This document shows, one piece after another, positions 45,004-54,457 of a stretch of DNA of 64,000 bases. A program made the translations under genes and the position numbers. The stretch comes from Deltaproteobacteria bacterium. Its GTDB lineage: Bacteria > Myxococcota_A > Polyangia > Polyangiales > Houyiibacteriaceae. The stretch lies in contig JAXMNT010000001.1 in NCBI GenBank assembly GCA_034670305.1, positions 224,001 through 288,000 of the forward strand, read 5' to 3'. The first letter of the stretch is position 1. Every line of letters begins with the position of its first letter. The notes under the pieces are model-generated. The model was not told the origin of the DNA. It made no database searches and saw nothing but the letters and a program-made list of their open reading frames with translations.

Positions 45004-46836
45004 GTGAATCGAACCCTCGGACTGGGCTGTGTGTTGCTGATGGTCTCTGCATGCGGAGGTCGCTCGGCGCTGCTCGTCGACCCACCCGCCGCAGACGCGG
45101 GGACGGACGGCTCGCTCCCGGATGGCGATCTGCCCGATGTCGGGCCCGACGGCATGCCCTTGCGCGATGTCGGGCCGGATGGATTCGACTTTCCGGACGC
45201 GCCCCTGTTCGACGCGCCAGGCCCGGACACGCCCGATGCGCCGCCGCTCTTCGCCGTCGAGTGTGGGCCCGCGCAGATGGTCGGCGTCGGCGAGAGTGCT
45301 GAGGTCACCGCGGTCGTGACGTCGGGCGAACGCGCGGAATCGCGCTGGACCGTGGTCGACCAGCCGGATGGAGCGGACGCTGGGCTCGCGACCCCCGAGG
45401 CGCTCTCCACCGTCGTGCGCCCCACGTTGCCCGGGACGTATCTCCTCGAGTTCGAGGCCATCTCTCTCGATGGCATGCTTGCCACGTGTCGGACCCTGGT
45501 CGCTGTGGTGGACGGCCCGCCGATCGCAGCGTGCCCGGGCGAAGAGATCGTCGCGCCCGTCGCCGACGCGATCACGATCGATGGGCTCGGCTTCGACGAC
45601 GAAGGACCGGTCGCGTACCGGTGGGAAGTGCGCAGCACGCCCGACGGAGCCCGGACCACGTTGACCAACGCCGATCGGCCGAGCGTGATCTTCAGCGGCA
45701 CCGACCCAGGCAGCTACGTCCTGCGTCTGACCGTGACGGACATCTCGGGCGGCACCGATCAGTGCCGCGTCCGGGTGCGTCTGACCCAGCCCCCGATGAT
45801 CATGTGTCCCACCGATCCGATCCTGGCGCCGACCCGGCTGCCGGTCGACGTCGCCCTCGTCGTCACGGACGACCGCGAAGTGGTGCGCCACGACTGGGCG
45901 CCGATCTCCTGGCCGCCCGACGACGCGGACGGGGTGGTGTTCACCAGCATGCGTGGTCCCCGTGTGACGATCATCCCCGAGCGACAGGGCCCGTACGTGC
46001 TCGAGTACGTCGCGACCGACGACGATGGTTTGACGAGCAGTTGCCTCGTCACCGTCATCGGTACCCCGACGCCCCCGGAGCTGACCTGTCCGGAGTTGAT
46101 CGAGACCCCGCCGCTCCGCTCGGTGTCGGTGGAAGCCGAGGTGGTGGACGACGCGGATGGAGTCTCGGTCCGCTGGCAACTGGTCGACCAGCCCGTGGGT
46201 TCCGCAGCGGGCGGTCCGAGCCCGGCGAGCGCCCTCACGACCAACTTCACACCCGACATCGCGGGCGACTACCTCTTGCGCATCACCGCCACCGATTCCG
46301 ACGGGATGGTGGCGACGTGCGAGACGGCGGTGGTCGCGGTGGTCGACGAAGGACTGCGCGTCGAGATGTTCTGGAGCACCGGTCGCACGGACATGGACCT
46401 GCACTTGTTGAATGTCGGCACGAGCGCGTGGTTCCACGGCCGCGACGATTGTTACTACCGCAACTGCGATGATGGCGCGGTGCTCGACTGGGGCGGGCCC
46501 GGCACCGCCGACAACCCGCACCTCGACATCGACGACACCAACGGCTTCGGTCCCGAGAACACCAACATCGACGAGCCGGCGAACGGCACCTACCGCGTCG
46601 GGGTCCACGCCTTCAGCGGGAGCGGCAACGTGACCGTGCGCATCTACTGCGGCGGCGATCGCACCACGCCGATCGCCGAGATCGGACCGGTCGCCATCGG
46701 CACCGGCACCCGCCAGTTTTGGCGGGTCGCAGACGTCGACATCACGGGCCCGGCGCTGTGCAGCGTCACCGAGTTGGTCGGCGCGGATGGCACTCCGGAC
46801 GTCACCACGCAGACGGACGCCCGCGCCAACCGATGA
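45004..46836 (+). CDS. Lipoprotein with ~4 PKD/REJ-like domains and a YfaP/DUF2135-like C-terminal domain
   Basis: Lipobox VSAC; D/P/G linker; repeated W...P.G...G.Y.L; TDMDLHL...HLDIDDTNGFGPEN. Confidence 0.85.
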   Translation: MNRTLGLGCVLLMVSACGGRSALLVDPPAADAGTDGSLPDGDLPDVGPDGMPLRDVGPDGFDFPDAPLFDAPGPDTPDAPPLFAVECGPAQMVGVGESAEVTAVVTSGERAESRWTVVDQPDGADAGLATPEALSTVVRPTLPGTYLLEFEAISLDGMLATCRTLVAVVDGPPIAACPGEEIVAPVADAITIDGLGFDDEGPVAYRWEVRSTPDGARTTLTNADRPSVIFSGTDPGSYVLRLTVTDISGGTDQCRVRVRLTQPPMIMCPTDPILAPTRLPVDVALVVTDDREVVRHDWAPISWPPDDADGVVFTSMRGPRVTIIPERQGPYVLEYVATDDDGLTSSCLVTVIGTPTPPELTCPELIETPPLRSVSVEAEVVDDADGVSVRWQLVDQPVGSAAGGPSPASALTTNFTPDIAGDYLLRITATDSDGMVATCETAVVAVVDEGLRVEMFWSTGRTDMDLHLLNVGTSAWFHGRDDCYYRNCDDGAVLDWGGPGTADNPHLDIDDTNGFGPENTNIDEPANGTYRVGVHAFSGSGNVTVRIYCGGDRTTPIAEIGPVAIGTGTRQFWRVADVDITGPALCSVTELVGADGTPDVTTQTDARANR

Positions 46837-47004
46837 GTGGGCGGTGTGGCCCTTCAGTCCTCAGCCCACGCCCGCGACCACCAGTACGTCGGGTGTGCGC
46901 AAACCCACCCGCACCGGCGGAGCTTTGCCGCACCCCCTACGTACATGGGGCACGCGGTGGTCCCCAGAGCCGCCCACCTCTCATACGGCGGCCGATTCCG
47001 TGTT

Positions 47005-47021
47005 TCGGCATGGACGTTGCT
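47005..47021 (+). promoter_or_regulatory. Putative sigma54 promoter TCGGCATG-GACG-TTGCT
   Basis: GG-N10-GC spacing is exact; 75 bp upstream of the ATG at 47096. Confidence 0.6.
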
Positions 47022-47095
47022 CTTGTTACGCTGCCATCGCGTGGATGGGGTTCAGATGCCCCACCTCAACCCTCAGACCGGATGAAACATTGAGA

Positions 47096-48748
47096 ATGAC
47101 CCGAAAACTACTGGTACTTTGCCTCGTCGCCCTCGGCTGCAGCTCGGACCCGGGCATGGTCCGCGAAGACCTTCCAGAGGGGGTTCGAGTCGACATCAGC
47201 GAGGAGATCATCCTCAACGAGGACGTCTTGGTGGTGTCCGACGACCCCACCCTCGAGGGCGTCGAGCTGCTCGAGGACGGTTTCTACCAGTTCACGTTCT
47301 CCAACGCGCCGGAACTCTTCGCCACCGGGACCATCCTCGTGGGCGACGAAGGCCCGGGATACATGGGCCGCGTCGCCGAGGTTCGCGCCTCCAGCCCCAC
47401 CGTGGTGGATGTGCGTCTCGATCCGGTCGGCCTCGACGAGGTCATCGACGAGGGTTCGTTCTTCACCCGCATCGTGCCGAACGCCGAAGACTTCGTCGCG
47501 ACGACCGACGACGTGGGCGGTCGACGCTCGGGTCTCGGCGGCACCTATGATCTGGTCCCGACCGAGATCCTCGACGGCGCCGGCACCTGTGAAGGCCTCG
47601 CGGAAGGTTCGATTTCTTTCCGCCACGAGTTCAAGACCACCGATGTGACCACCGAGTTCATCTTCGAGAAGCGCGGCCTGTTCGGCATCCAGCGCGCCGG
47701 TGTGACCGCCACGGGCGGCGCCGCGGTCCGCCTGACGCTCGACACCGAAGGCCAGGTCAACGCCGACTGTCTGCTCGACGTGCTCGAGTTGCTTCGCGTG
47801 AACCCGATCGAGTGGAGCCGCAGCTTCCGCATCGGACCGCTCCCGGTCCGCGTCTACATCCGCCTTCGTCCGGAGCTCACCACCTCGGTCATCGTCGACA
47901 TGGAGCCCACCCGCGTGGAGACCACGCTCTACGCGACCGCCAGCCTGCGTCTCGGCGCCATCTACGATCGCGACAGCGGCATCACCCCCATCGCCGAGTT
48001 CGACCGCACGGTCGACGTCGACATGGACCTGGAAGAAGGCGGCTCGGTCACGGCCCGCGCGGGCGTACACGCCGGGCTCTACCTGGGCATCGAGGTCAGC
48101 GGACTTCGTCTCCCGAGCGCGGGCGCCGAGTTCGATGCGGAAGCGTCGATCACGACCGACGACCTCGCGTGCACCTGGAACTGGGACGCCACGGTCAGTG
48201 GCCAGGCCTACCTCCGTGGACCGCTCGGGGTGGACCTCGGGTTCTTCTCCCGCACCTTCACCACGCTCGACTCCTCGATCGGATTCGAACAGGTGGCTGG
48301 CGGCGCGGCGGACCAGTCGCTTCCCTACTGCACCGAAGACATGTGCGACGAGATGAACCCGTGCATCGGTGAAGACGAAGAGTGTGTCGAAGGCGTCTGC
48401 GTCGAGATGCACTGCACCCCGGAGACCGAAGCCACCGATTGTGCGGCGGGTGAAGTCTGCGTGCTTGGCAGCTGTGTGCCCGACTCCTCAGGCATCACCG
48501 ACTGCGACAGTTGCAACCGCGCGGGCTTCGACTGGTGTGGAGCCACCGACAGCTGCGGCGCCGAGGGCTGCTCCGGCGACCTTCGCACCAGCCGCTCCTC
48601 GTGCATTCCCTGCGACTACACCAACTGTGGCGACTGCGCGACGGACGGCTTCTGCAGCTGGGTCCGCAACACCAGCGAGTGTGTGAACGACCGCGCGTAC
48701 GACGGCGACCGCACCTGGCTCGCCACGACGCCCGGTCAGTGCGGCTGA
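47096..48748 (+). CDS. Lipoprotein with beta-rich core and Cys-rich (PSI-like) C-terminus
   Basis: MTRKLLVLCLVALGC lipobox; CDSCNRAGFDWC and CGDCATDGFCSW. Confidence 0.85.
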   Translation: MTRKLLVLCLVALGCSSDPGMVREDLPEGVRVDISEEIILNEDVLVVSDDPTLEGVELLEDGFYQFTFSNAPELFATGTILVGDEGPGYMGRVAEVRASSPTVVDVRLDPVGLDEVIDEGSFFTRIVPNAEDFVATTDDVGGRRSGLGGTYDLVPTEILDGAGTCEGLAEGSISFRHEFKTTDVTTEFIFEKRGLFGIQRAGVTATGGAAVRLTLDTEGQVNADCLLDVLELLRVNPIEWSRSFRIGPLPVRVYIRLRPELTTSVIVDMEPTRVETTLYATASLRLGAIYDRDSGITPIAEFDRTVDVDMDLEEGGSVTARAGVHAGLYLGIEVSGLRLPSAGAEFDAEASITTDDLACTWNWDATVSGQAYLRGPLGVDLGFFSRTFTTLDSSIGFEQVAGGAADQSLPYCTEDMCDEMNPCIGEDEECVEGVCVEMHCTPETEATDCAAGEVCVLGSCVPDSSGITDCDSCNRAGFDWCGATDSCGAEGCSGDLRTSRSSCIPCDYTNCGDCATDGFCSWVRNTSECVNDRAYDGDRTWLATTPGQCG

Positions 48749-48770
48749 ACCGCAGCACCTAGATGAACGC

Positions 48771-48807
48771 GCCGCCGCTTCTCTTCGGAGAAGCGGCGGT
48801 TTCGTTT
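48771..48807 (+). terminator. Intrinsic terminator
   Basis: GCCGCCGCTTCTC-TTCG-GAGAAGCGGCGGT followed by TTCGTTT. Confidence 0.8.
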
Positions 48808-48862
48808 GTGGGTGGGTCGGTGCGGAGCTTGCCGTGGGCGGGGTGCGCGTCGACAATGCCGT

Positions 48863-50665
48863 GTGCCGCTGCTGACCGCCCAGGAACGGATCGGAACGAC
48901 CGTGGGGTCGTACCGCTTGGATCGGATCATCGGAGAGGGTGGCATGGGTGTGGTGTTCGCCGCGCAGCACGCCTCGCTCGGCAGCCCCGCCGCCGTGAAG
49001 CTTCTCCACCCGCATCTCGTGCGCGACGCGTCGGTGGCGCTGCGCTTCGAACGGGAGGCCAAAGCGGCGGCCATGATTCGCCATCCGAACGTCGTGCGCA
49101 TCCTCGACCTCGTCACCGCGGAGGACGGCGCGCGCTGCATCGTGATGGACCTGCTCGAGGGCGAGAGTCTCGGCGACCGCATCATGCGCGTGGGCCCCCT
49201 CTCCCCCGAGGCGACTGCCGCGCTCCTGCTTCCGGTCATGCACGGGCTGGCCGACGCCCACCGTCAGAGGATCGTGCATCGCGATCTCAAGCCAGACAAC
49301 ATCTTCATCGCGCGCGAGGCCGGTAGAGAAGTGCCGATGCTGCTCGACTTCGGCATCGCCAAGTTGCTCGACGGAACCCATGCCACCCAGACCGGCATGA
49401 TGATCGGCACGCCGGCGTACATGTCGCCCGAGCAGGTCCGCGGACTCCGGGACATCGGTCCCCCGACCGATGTGTGGGCGATGGGCGCGGTGTGGTTCGA
49501 GTGTCTCTCCGGCCGCACCCCGCTTCTCGCCGAGACCCCGCAGGGCATGATCGCGTCCATTCTCACCGAGGCGCCCCCGCCGCTTCGGACGGTGAAGGGC
49601 TCGGTCCCCTCCCACCTCGCGGATGTGATCGATCGGGCGCTGAAGAAGGACTTGTCGGAACGTTACCCGGACATGAGTTCGTTCGCGGCGGCGCTGCGGG
49701 CGGCGCTCGGATCGCGTGCGGTGGAAGCGCTCGCCGCGACGATGTTGCCGACGCCCTCTCCGGCGGCCGGGCCGGCGTCGATGTCTTCCGTAGCCGTGCC
49801 GGTCGAGACGCCACTGCCCCATCGGGATCCGGCCGCCGATGCCCGCCACCTCGGCGCCGACGCAATGCGCGACGGCGCCGGCGATCGACAAGGCGGCTCC
49901 AGCATGAACCAGGGGCCGGCGACCGGCATGACGCAGGTGCCGACCGTGCGGCGCGCCCGAACCCCGTTCATCGGCGCGGCGCTGATGATGGTGGGCGCGG
50001 TTGGAGTCGGCGCCGGCGTTTTGTCCACGATGCAGGACGCGCAGGCCCCGATGGAGATGGAGATGGTGACCACGCCGCAGATCCCGGCGCCTCCCACGAC
50101 CACGACGGCGGTGGATCCGGCGACGACGCCCGAAACCACCACCCTGCCGATGGGCGCCGCCACACCCGTGACCGAGACGCCGATGGGCGTGGCTATGGTG
50201 ACGGCGCAGACGACGACGTCGCAGATGGTGGTGTCCCAGAGGGTCGTTCCGACGCCCATCACGATGACGACGGCCAACCAGCAGCGTCGGCCTTCGATGC
50301 ACACGATGATGAGAACCACGTCGATGGTTTCCATCGACGATCTCTTGAACGGTTCCAACGGCGGTGGAGGCTCCGCGATGTCTGGGATGTCGACCACCAC
50401 CACATTGAGTCGGAGTGAGGTCGTGTCCGTGGTTCGGCGCCATACGGGCGCGTTGCGCGCATGCATGGATCCCACGCTGGATTCATTTCGCGTCAACCTC
50501 GCCATTCGTGTCGATCCGGGTGGTGGGGTGTCCTCGGTCACCGCCCAGGGCGCGCCCAACCCGGCCATTCGCGGTTGCATCGAATCCGAAGTCCGCACCT
50601 GGCGGTTCTCGATCAGCAGCAACGGCTTGAGTTTCACGTACCCGTTTCGGTTCGAAGGGCAGTGA
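48863..50665 (+). CDS. Ser/Thr protein kinase with TM helix, Met/Thr-rich stalk and AgmX/PglI (TonB-C-like) domain
   Basis: GEGGMGVVF, HRDLKPDN, DFG, GTPAYMSPE; C-terminal LRAC...GCIESEVRTWRF...FTYPFRF. Confidence 0.9.
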   Translation: MPLLTAQERIGTTVGSYRLDRIIGEGGMGVVFAAQHASLGSPAAVKLLHPHLVRDASVALRFEREAKAAAMIRHPNVVRILDLVTAEDGARCIVMDLLEGESLGDRIMRVGPLSPEATAALLLPVMHGLADAHRQRIVHRDLKPDNIFIAREAGREVPMLLDFGIAKLLDGTHATQTGMMIGTPAYMSPEQVRGLRDIGPPTDVWAMGAVWFECLSGRTPLLAETPQGMIASILTEAPPPLRTVKGSVPSHLADVIDRALKKDLSERYPDMSSFAAALRAALGSRAVEALAATMLPTPSPAAGPASMSSVAVPVETPLPHRDPAADARHLGADAMRDGAGDRQGGSSMNQGPATGMTQVPTVRRARTPFIGAALMMVGAVGVGAGVLSTMQDAQAPMEMEMVTTPQIPAPPTTTTAVDPATTPETTTLPMGAATPVTETPMGVAMVTAQTTTSQMVVSQRVVPTPITMTTANQQRRPSMHTMMRTTSMVSIDDLLNGSNGGGGSAMSGMSTTTTLSRSEVVSVVRRHTGALRACMDPTLDSFRVNLAIRVDPGGGVSSVTAQGAPNPAIRGCIESEVRTWRFSISSNGLSFTYPFRFEGQ

Positions 50666-50698
50666 ACGCCTGCCGCGTCCCTCGAGCAAGCGCTGCCG

Positions 50699-51517
50699 TC
50701 AGGCGCCGCGGGGGTGGCCGGTCGTGGGGTCGATCGCGTCGAGGGTCTCGAGCAGCACCTGCGGGCGGTCCGTCATGATCCCGTCCACGCCAAGCTCGTA
50801 GAGCCAGCGCATCTCGCGCGCGTCGTTGATGGTCCACACGTGGACCTTGAGCCCCACCGCATGGGCGGCGTCTACGAAGCGCTGGTCCACCACGCGGAGT
50901 CCTTCGTGCGCGATGGGCACCTGCAGGACATCGAACGGCCAGCGGATGCGCGTGTGGGCCCCCACCTTGAGGGAGAGCCAGAACTTCAAGATCCCGCGCA
51001 CGCCCGGTGAGGTCGGAACCGCGGTCCCTCCGAGGCTCCGGTAGTGCGCGGTGAGCGGGTCGTGTCCCGACGCGGCGAGCATCCGGTGGTGTACGTCGTG
51101 GCGGTCCGCGAACGCGTGCAGCGCTTCGGCCAAGCGTGGGTCCTGACCCTTCATCTCGAGGTTCAGCCGCAGCTCGGGCCCGACCGCGAACGCTTCCTCG
51201 AGGGTCGGAATTCGAACCCCACACCCACGGAACGGGTGCCCGTTGCCGTCAAAGAACTGGTGGCCCGCATCGAGACGCTTCAGTTCCGTGAGGGTGTGGT
51301 CGGATGTCCGTCCGGTGCCGTCCGTGGTGCGCTCGAGTCGTTCGTCGTGGAAGACCACGATCTCGCCGTCCTTCGTAAGGTGCACGTCGGTCTCGATCCA
51401 CCGGTAGCCGAGTGCGTACGCGTTCTCGAACGCGAGCAGGGTGTTCTCGGGCCACCGCGCGGCGCCACCGCGGTGAGCGATGAGCAGGCAGCGTCCATCG
51501 CCAAAGTACGGATGCAC
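50699..51517 (-). CDS. Glycerophosphodiester phosphodiesterase
   Basis: AHRGG...PENT, IETDVHLTKDG..VVFHD, HVWTIN, GVDGIMTDRP; GTG at 51517 with an AGGGG RBS. Confidence 0.92.
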   Translation of the reverse strand: MHPYFGDGRCLLIAHRGGAARWPENTLLAFENAYALGYRWIETDVHLTKDGEIVVFHDERLERTTDGTGRTSDHTLTELKRLDAGHQFFDGNGHPFRGCGVRIPTLEEAFAVGPELRLNLEMKGQDPRLAEALHAFADRHDVHHRMLAASGHDPLTAHYRSLGGTAVPTSPGVRGILKFWLSLKVGAHTRIRWPFDVLQVPIAHEGLRVVDQRFVDAAHAVGLKVHVWTINDAREMRWLYELGVDGIMTDRPQVLLETLDAIDPTTGHPRGA

Positions 51518-51549
51518 GAATCCCCTTATACTCGGCGCATGGGGATCGC

Positions 51550-51855
51550 ATGAAACGGATTCGAGTACTGGGGGTGCTCGAGACCGGCGCCGTCGAGGTG
51601 AGCGCCGGACATCCCACGATCGATGGGCGCACGTTTGGAGATCTCGCGGCGGGGGACCGGTTGGGCGAACTCGAGATCTTCGCGATCGAGGAGATCCCGT
51701 TCGCGCATCCGTATACCCATGACATCCTCCCCGACTCCTCCACCGGCGCGTACTTCGCACAGGGCGCGGCGGTCGGATCCACCCTCGCGCCTGCGCGCGA
51801 ATCGCACCCCCGGAACTTCATCGATGCGGCGAGACGCACCCGACCTGGAATCTGA
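51550..51855 (+). pseudogene. Isolated C-terminal half of a Hint (intein/Hedgehog-like) domain
   Basis: LETGAVEVSAGHPT.DGRTFGDL.AGD.L and THDILP.S.TG.YFA.GA.VGSTL match my recollection of myxobacterial Hint domains; no N-terminal Cys block. Confidence 0.6.
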
Positions 51856-53095
51856 CGAAGACGAGACGCCGCGGGGCGGTATGGGTCTCGTGGTGGTGAT
51901 CGGTCTGGTGGCCGCCGTCTTCTTGGTCGCGGCCGTCTTCGGCGGGCTGGCGCTGATGGAGCGTTTCGGGGGTGGCGAGGAAGAGGCCGATGTGCGGCCC
52001 GACATCGCCGAACCCATCGTGCCCGATCCGATCGCAGACCCGATCGTGCCTGGAGTCGCTCCGACCACCGGGCCAACCCGCGCGCAGCGGGTCGAGAACA
52101 TGCGCCCCCGTTACCGGCCCGGCCCCTTCGTTCAGGTCGTCGGCCTCTTGCCTGCGGGCATGAGCGACATGCGGCGCATGGCGGCTTCGAACCGAACCGG
52201 CCGGACCATCGACAACCCGTGGATCGTGGCGGGCGCCGAGCTCCGTCCAGGCGGGCCACCTTCGGCGCCGCTCGCCGGTGGACCGAGTCTCCGTCTCGGC
52301 AGCCGCGAGCGCGTCGACCAGCCCATTCGAGTCATCGCCGGCAGCCCCGCGCAGCTGCAGGTCGTCGCCGGTCCCGGTGGCGGAACCGATGGAGAAGTGC
52401 AGGGGCTTCTGCTCGAGTTCATCGACTACCCCGGACACTTCTGGTTGCCGGCGGTCGTCGAGAGCGAGCTCGGACTGATTCGCGTCGCCGGCATGGAGAA
52501 CGCGGACCTGCAGTTCGGCATCGACTCCCCCGTGCATCCGGACGGCACCCCTGCCGATCCCGACAAAGAACTGCACGCCGCGGTGCGGATCGCTGCGGTC
52601 GACCTCCAGGGCCGGGTCTCGCCCTGGGTGCGCCGCGAGCTGCGGGTGCTGCCGCTCGGCACCGGTGACGTGGAGGTCACACTGACGATGACCCAGTCGA
52701 CCGACCTCGACCTCTACGTCGTCAGTCCGACGGGCGCGACGGTCTACTACGGCAACACCAACACCGCCGATGGCGGACACCTCGACCTCGACGCCAACGC
52801 GGGCTGCAACGGCCACATGGGCGTGAACAACGAACACGTGTTCTGGCCCCAAGGCCGTGCACCCGCGGGCACCTACCAAGCGCGGGTCTCCAACTACACG
52901 AGCTGCATCTCCGGCCGCCAGGTCGACTACACGATCACGGTCCGCAACTGCGGCGAGACCGCGGTCTTCTCCGGTTCGTTCGTGGGCAACGGCGACAGCG
53001 CCAACTGCATGCGGGACCCGGGCACGAACCGCGCGTGGTGTCAGCAGGTCGTCTCCTTCGACGTCACGCCCTGCGCTGCAGCGCCGGTTCCCTGA
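51824..53095 (+). CDS. Membrane-anchored protein with a YfaP/DUF2135-like C-terminal domain
   Basis: N-terminal TM helix; GTGDVEVTL...TDLDLYVVSPTG...GGHLDLDAN...NEHVFWP...GTY. Confidence 0.82.
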   Translation: MRRDAPDLESDEDETPRGGMGLVVVIGLVAAVFLVAAVFGGLALMERFGGGEEEADVRPDIAEPIVPDPIADPIVPGVAPTTGPTRAQRVENMRPRYRPGPFVQVVGLLPAGMSDMRRMAASNRTGRTIDNPWIVAGAELRPGGPPSAPLAGGPSLRLGSRERVDQPIRVIAGSPAQLQVVAGPGGGTDGEVQGLLLEFIDYPGHFWLPAVVESELGLIRVAGMENADLQFGIDSPVHPDGTPADPDKELHAAVRIAAVDLQGRVSPWVRRELRVLPLGTGDVEVTLTMTQSTDLDLYVVSPTGATVYYGNTNTADGGHLDLDANAGCNGHMGVNNEHVFWPQGRAPAGTYQARVSNYTSCISGRQVDYTITVRNCGETAVFSGSFVGNGDSANCMRDPGTNRAWCQQVVSFDVTPCAAAPVP

Positions 53096-53220
53096 GCCTT
53101 CAGTCGAGTTTGGTGCTGGCGACTGCTGGTCCCACGGTGGAAGCCCACCGCGTGTCCGGTCCGCAGCAGGTGCGCTTCCGCCTCGGCATCTTCCAGTGCG
53201 TCACGCTCCGACGAGGAGAC

Positions 53221-54324
53221 TCACCCGTCGCGATCGACGGTCGCGCAGCTGGTCGCGCTCGGATCCCAGACGAACTGGTCGACGCTGCGGCCGTCGATCC
53301 AAACGCGGTAGACATGACCTGGGACCAGGTCCGGCACCCGGCACGCTTGTTCGTCGCGGATGCAGATGTCCGGGCAGGCGATGTCGCAAGACGTCTGATG
53401 TTGCGTGGCGTCGATTCGGATCTCACCGCCTGGAGGCAGGTCGTCGGTGTACCGCGGATCGAGGATCACGCTGCACGTGCCTTCGATGGACCCGCAGGGG
53501 CGGCAGTGGTCGACCAAGGTCGCGAAGATCTTGTCTTCCGCAGTGCGTCCTACGCACACCTCGTCCACCCCCGCAGGCGTGCGCGCGTCGAGGGCGCTGC
53601 CGATGCCGCACGCGTCTGGCTGCGAGAATCCGATGCACCACGGCGGCGGAGGCGCGAAGCCCGGCCGGGGCACGTCGGTGGTGAACCGGAACGCATCTTC
53701 GCCGTTCACGACGGCGGTCCAGTCTCCGACCGAGAGCGCGGGCACCTCACACCCGACGGTCGGGAACTCGCAGCGATCGCAATCGCAGGGATCGGGGCAC
53801 ATGGTCGTGGTCAGCTCGACCCGCGCGTTGCGCTCGTCGACGCGCACCGCGCACTCGGTGTCCGCGCAGCACGCGCACTGATGGAACTCCACCGGCAGCG
53901 TGAAGGCCTCGCCCGCCGGCATCACTTGGCTGCCCACGCAGCTCGCGTCCGCCCGGACCTCGGGGCACATCAGAGGCGCGCACTCGGTGCGGCTGAACAC
54001 GGAACCTTCGGGACATTCGAACGGGCACAGCGAGGTCGCGGGGACCGTGGCGCCTCCATCGCAACAAAAGCCTGCCTCTGGGAAACACGTCGCATCCCTC
54101 GGCGGCAGACCGGCGTCGGCGCCCCGACACGCGTCGGGCGTCGACTCGTACGTTCCGCGCGGACAGACGCAGCTGGTGGGGTCCGCGAGGAAGTAGTTGA
54201 GGCCATCGCAACACCCGAGATCGCACCCGGCATCGCTGCCGCCGGCGTCGACTTCCATCGAGTGATCCCGGAAGCAACCGGTCGAGAGAACAAGCAATGG
54301 CACGAAGAGGCACAGGGCACGCAT
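53221..54324 (-). CDS. Cys-rich lipoprotein with two related Ig-like units
   Basis: Lipobox STGC; units ending CEVPALSVGDWTAVVNG and CRVPDLVPGHVYRVWIDG. Confidence 0.8.
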   Translation of the reverse strand: MRALCLFVPLLVLSTGCFRDHSMEVDAGGSDAGCDLGCCDGLNYFLADPTSCVCPRGTYESTPDACRGADAGLPPRDATCFPEAGFCCDGGATVPATSLCPFECPEGSVFSRTECAPLMCPEVRADASCVGSQVMPAGEAFTLPVEFHQCACCADTECAVRVDERNARVELTTTMCPDPCDCDRCEFPTVGCEVPALSVGDWTAVVNGEDAFRFTTDVPRPGFAPPPPWCIGFSQPDACGIGSALDARTPAGVDEVCVGRTAEDKIFATLVDHCRPCGSIEGTCSVILDPRYTDDLPPGGEIRIDATQHQTSCDIACPDICIRDEQACRVPDLVPGHVYRVWIDGRSVDQFVWDPSATSCATVDRDG

Positions 54325-54457
54325 GGTGCGGAACCCCACTGCACGCCCCATGCCGAGGTGAGGCGCCTGCCCGCCATCGCCGTCCGCGTCCGCTCCAAAA
54401 AAAACTCCCTGGAGATCAACGATCCCCAGGGAGCCCCACCCCCGTGTGTGTGCCGAT

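Noticed and set aside
53096-53220. Coding-like frame continuing after the TGA of the Cys-rich lipoprotein (VSSSERDALEDAEAEAHLL…)
   Set aside because: Short, no recognisable homology or SECIS-like hairpin, and it runs into the convergent gene; chance or a small remnant.
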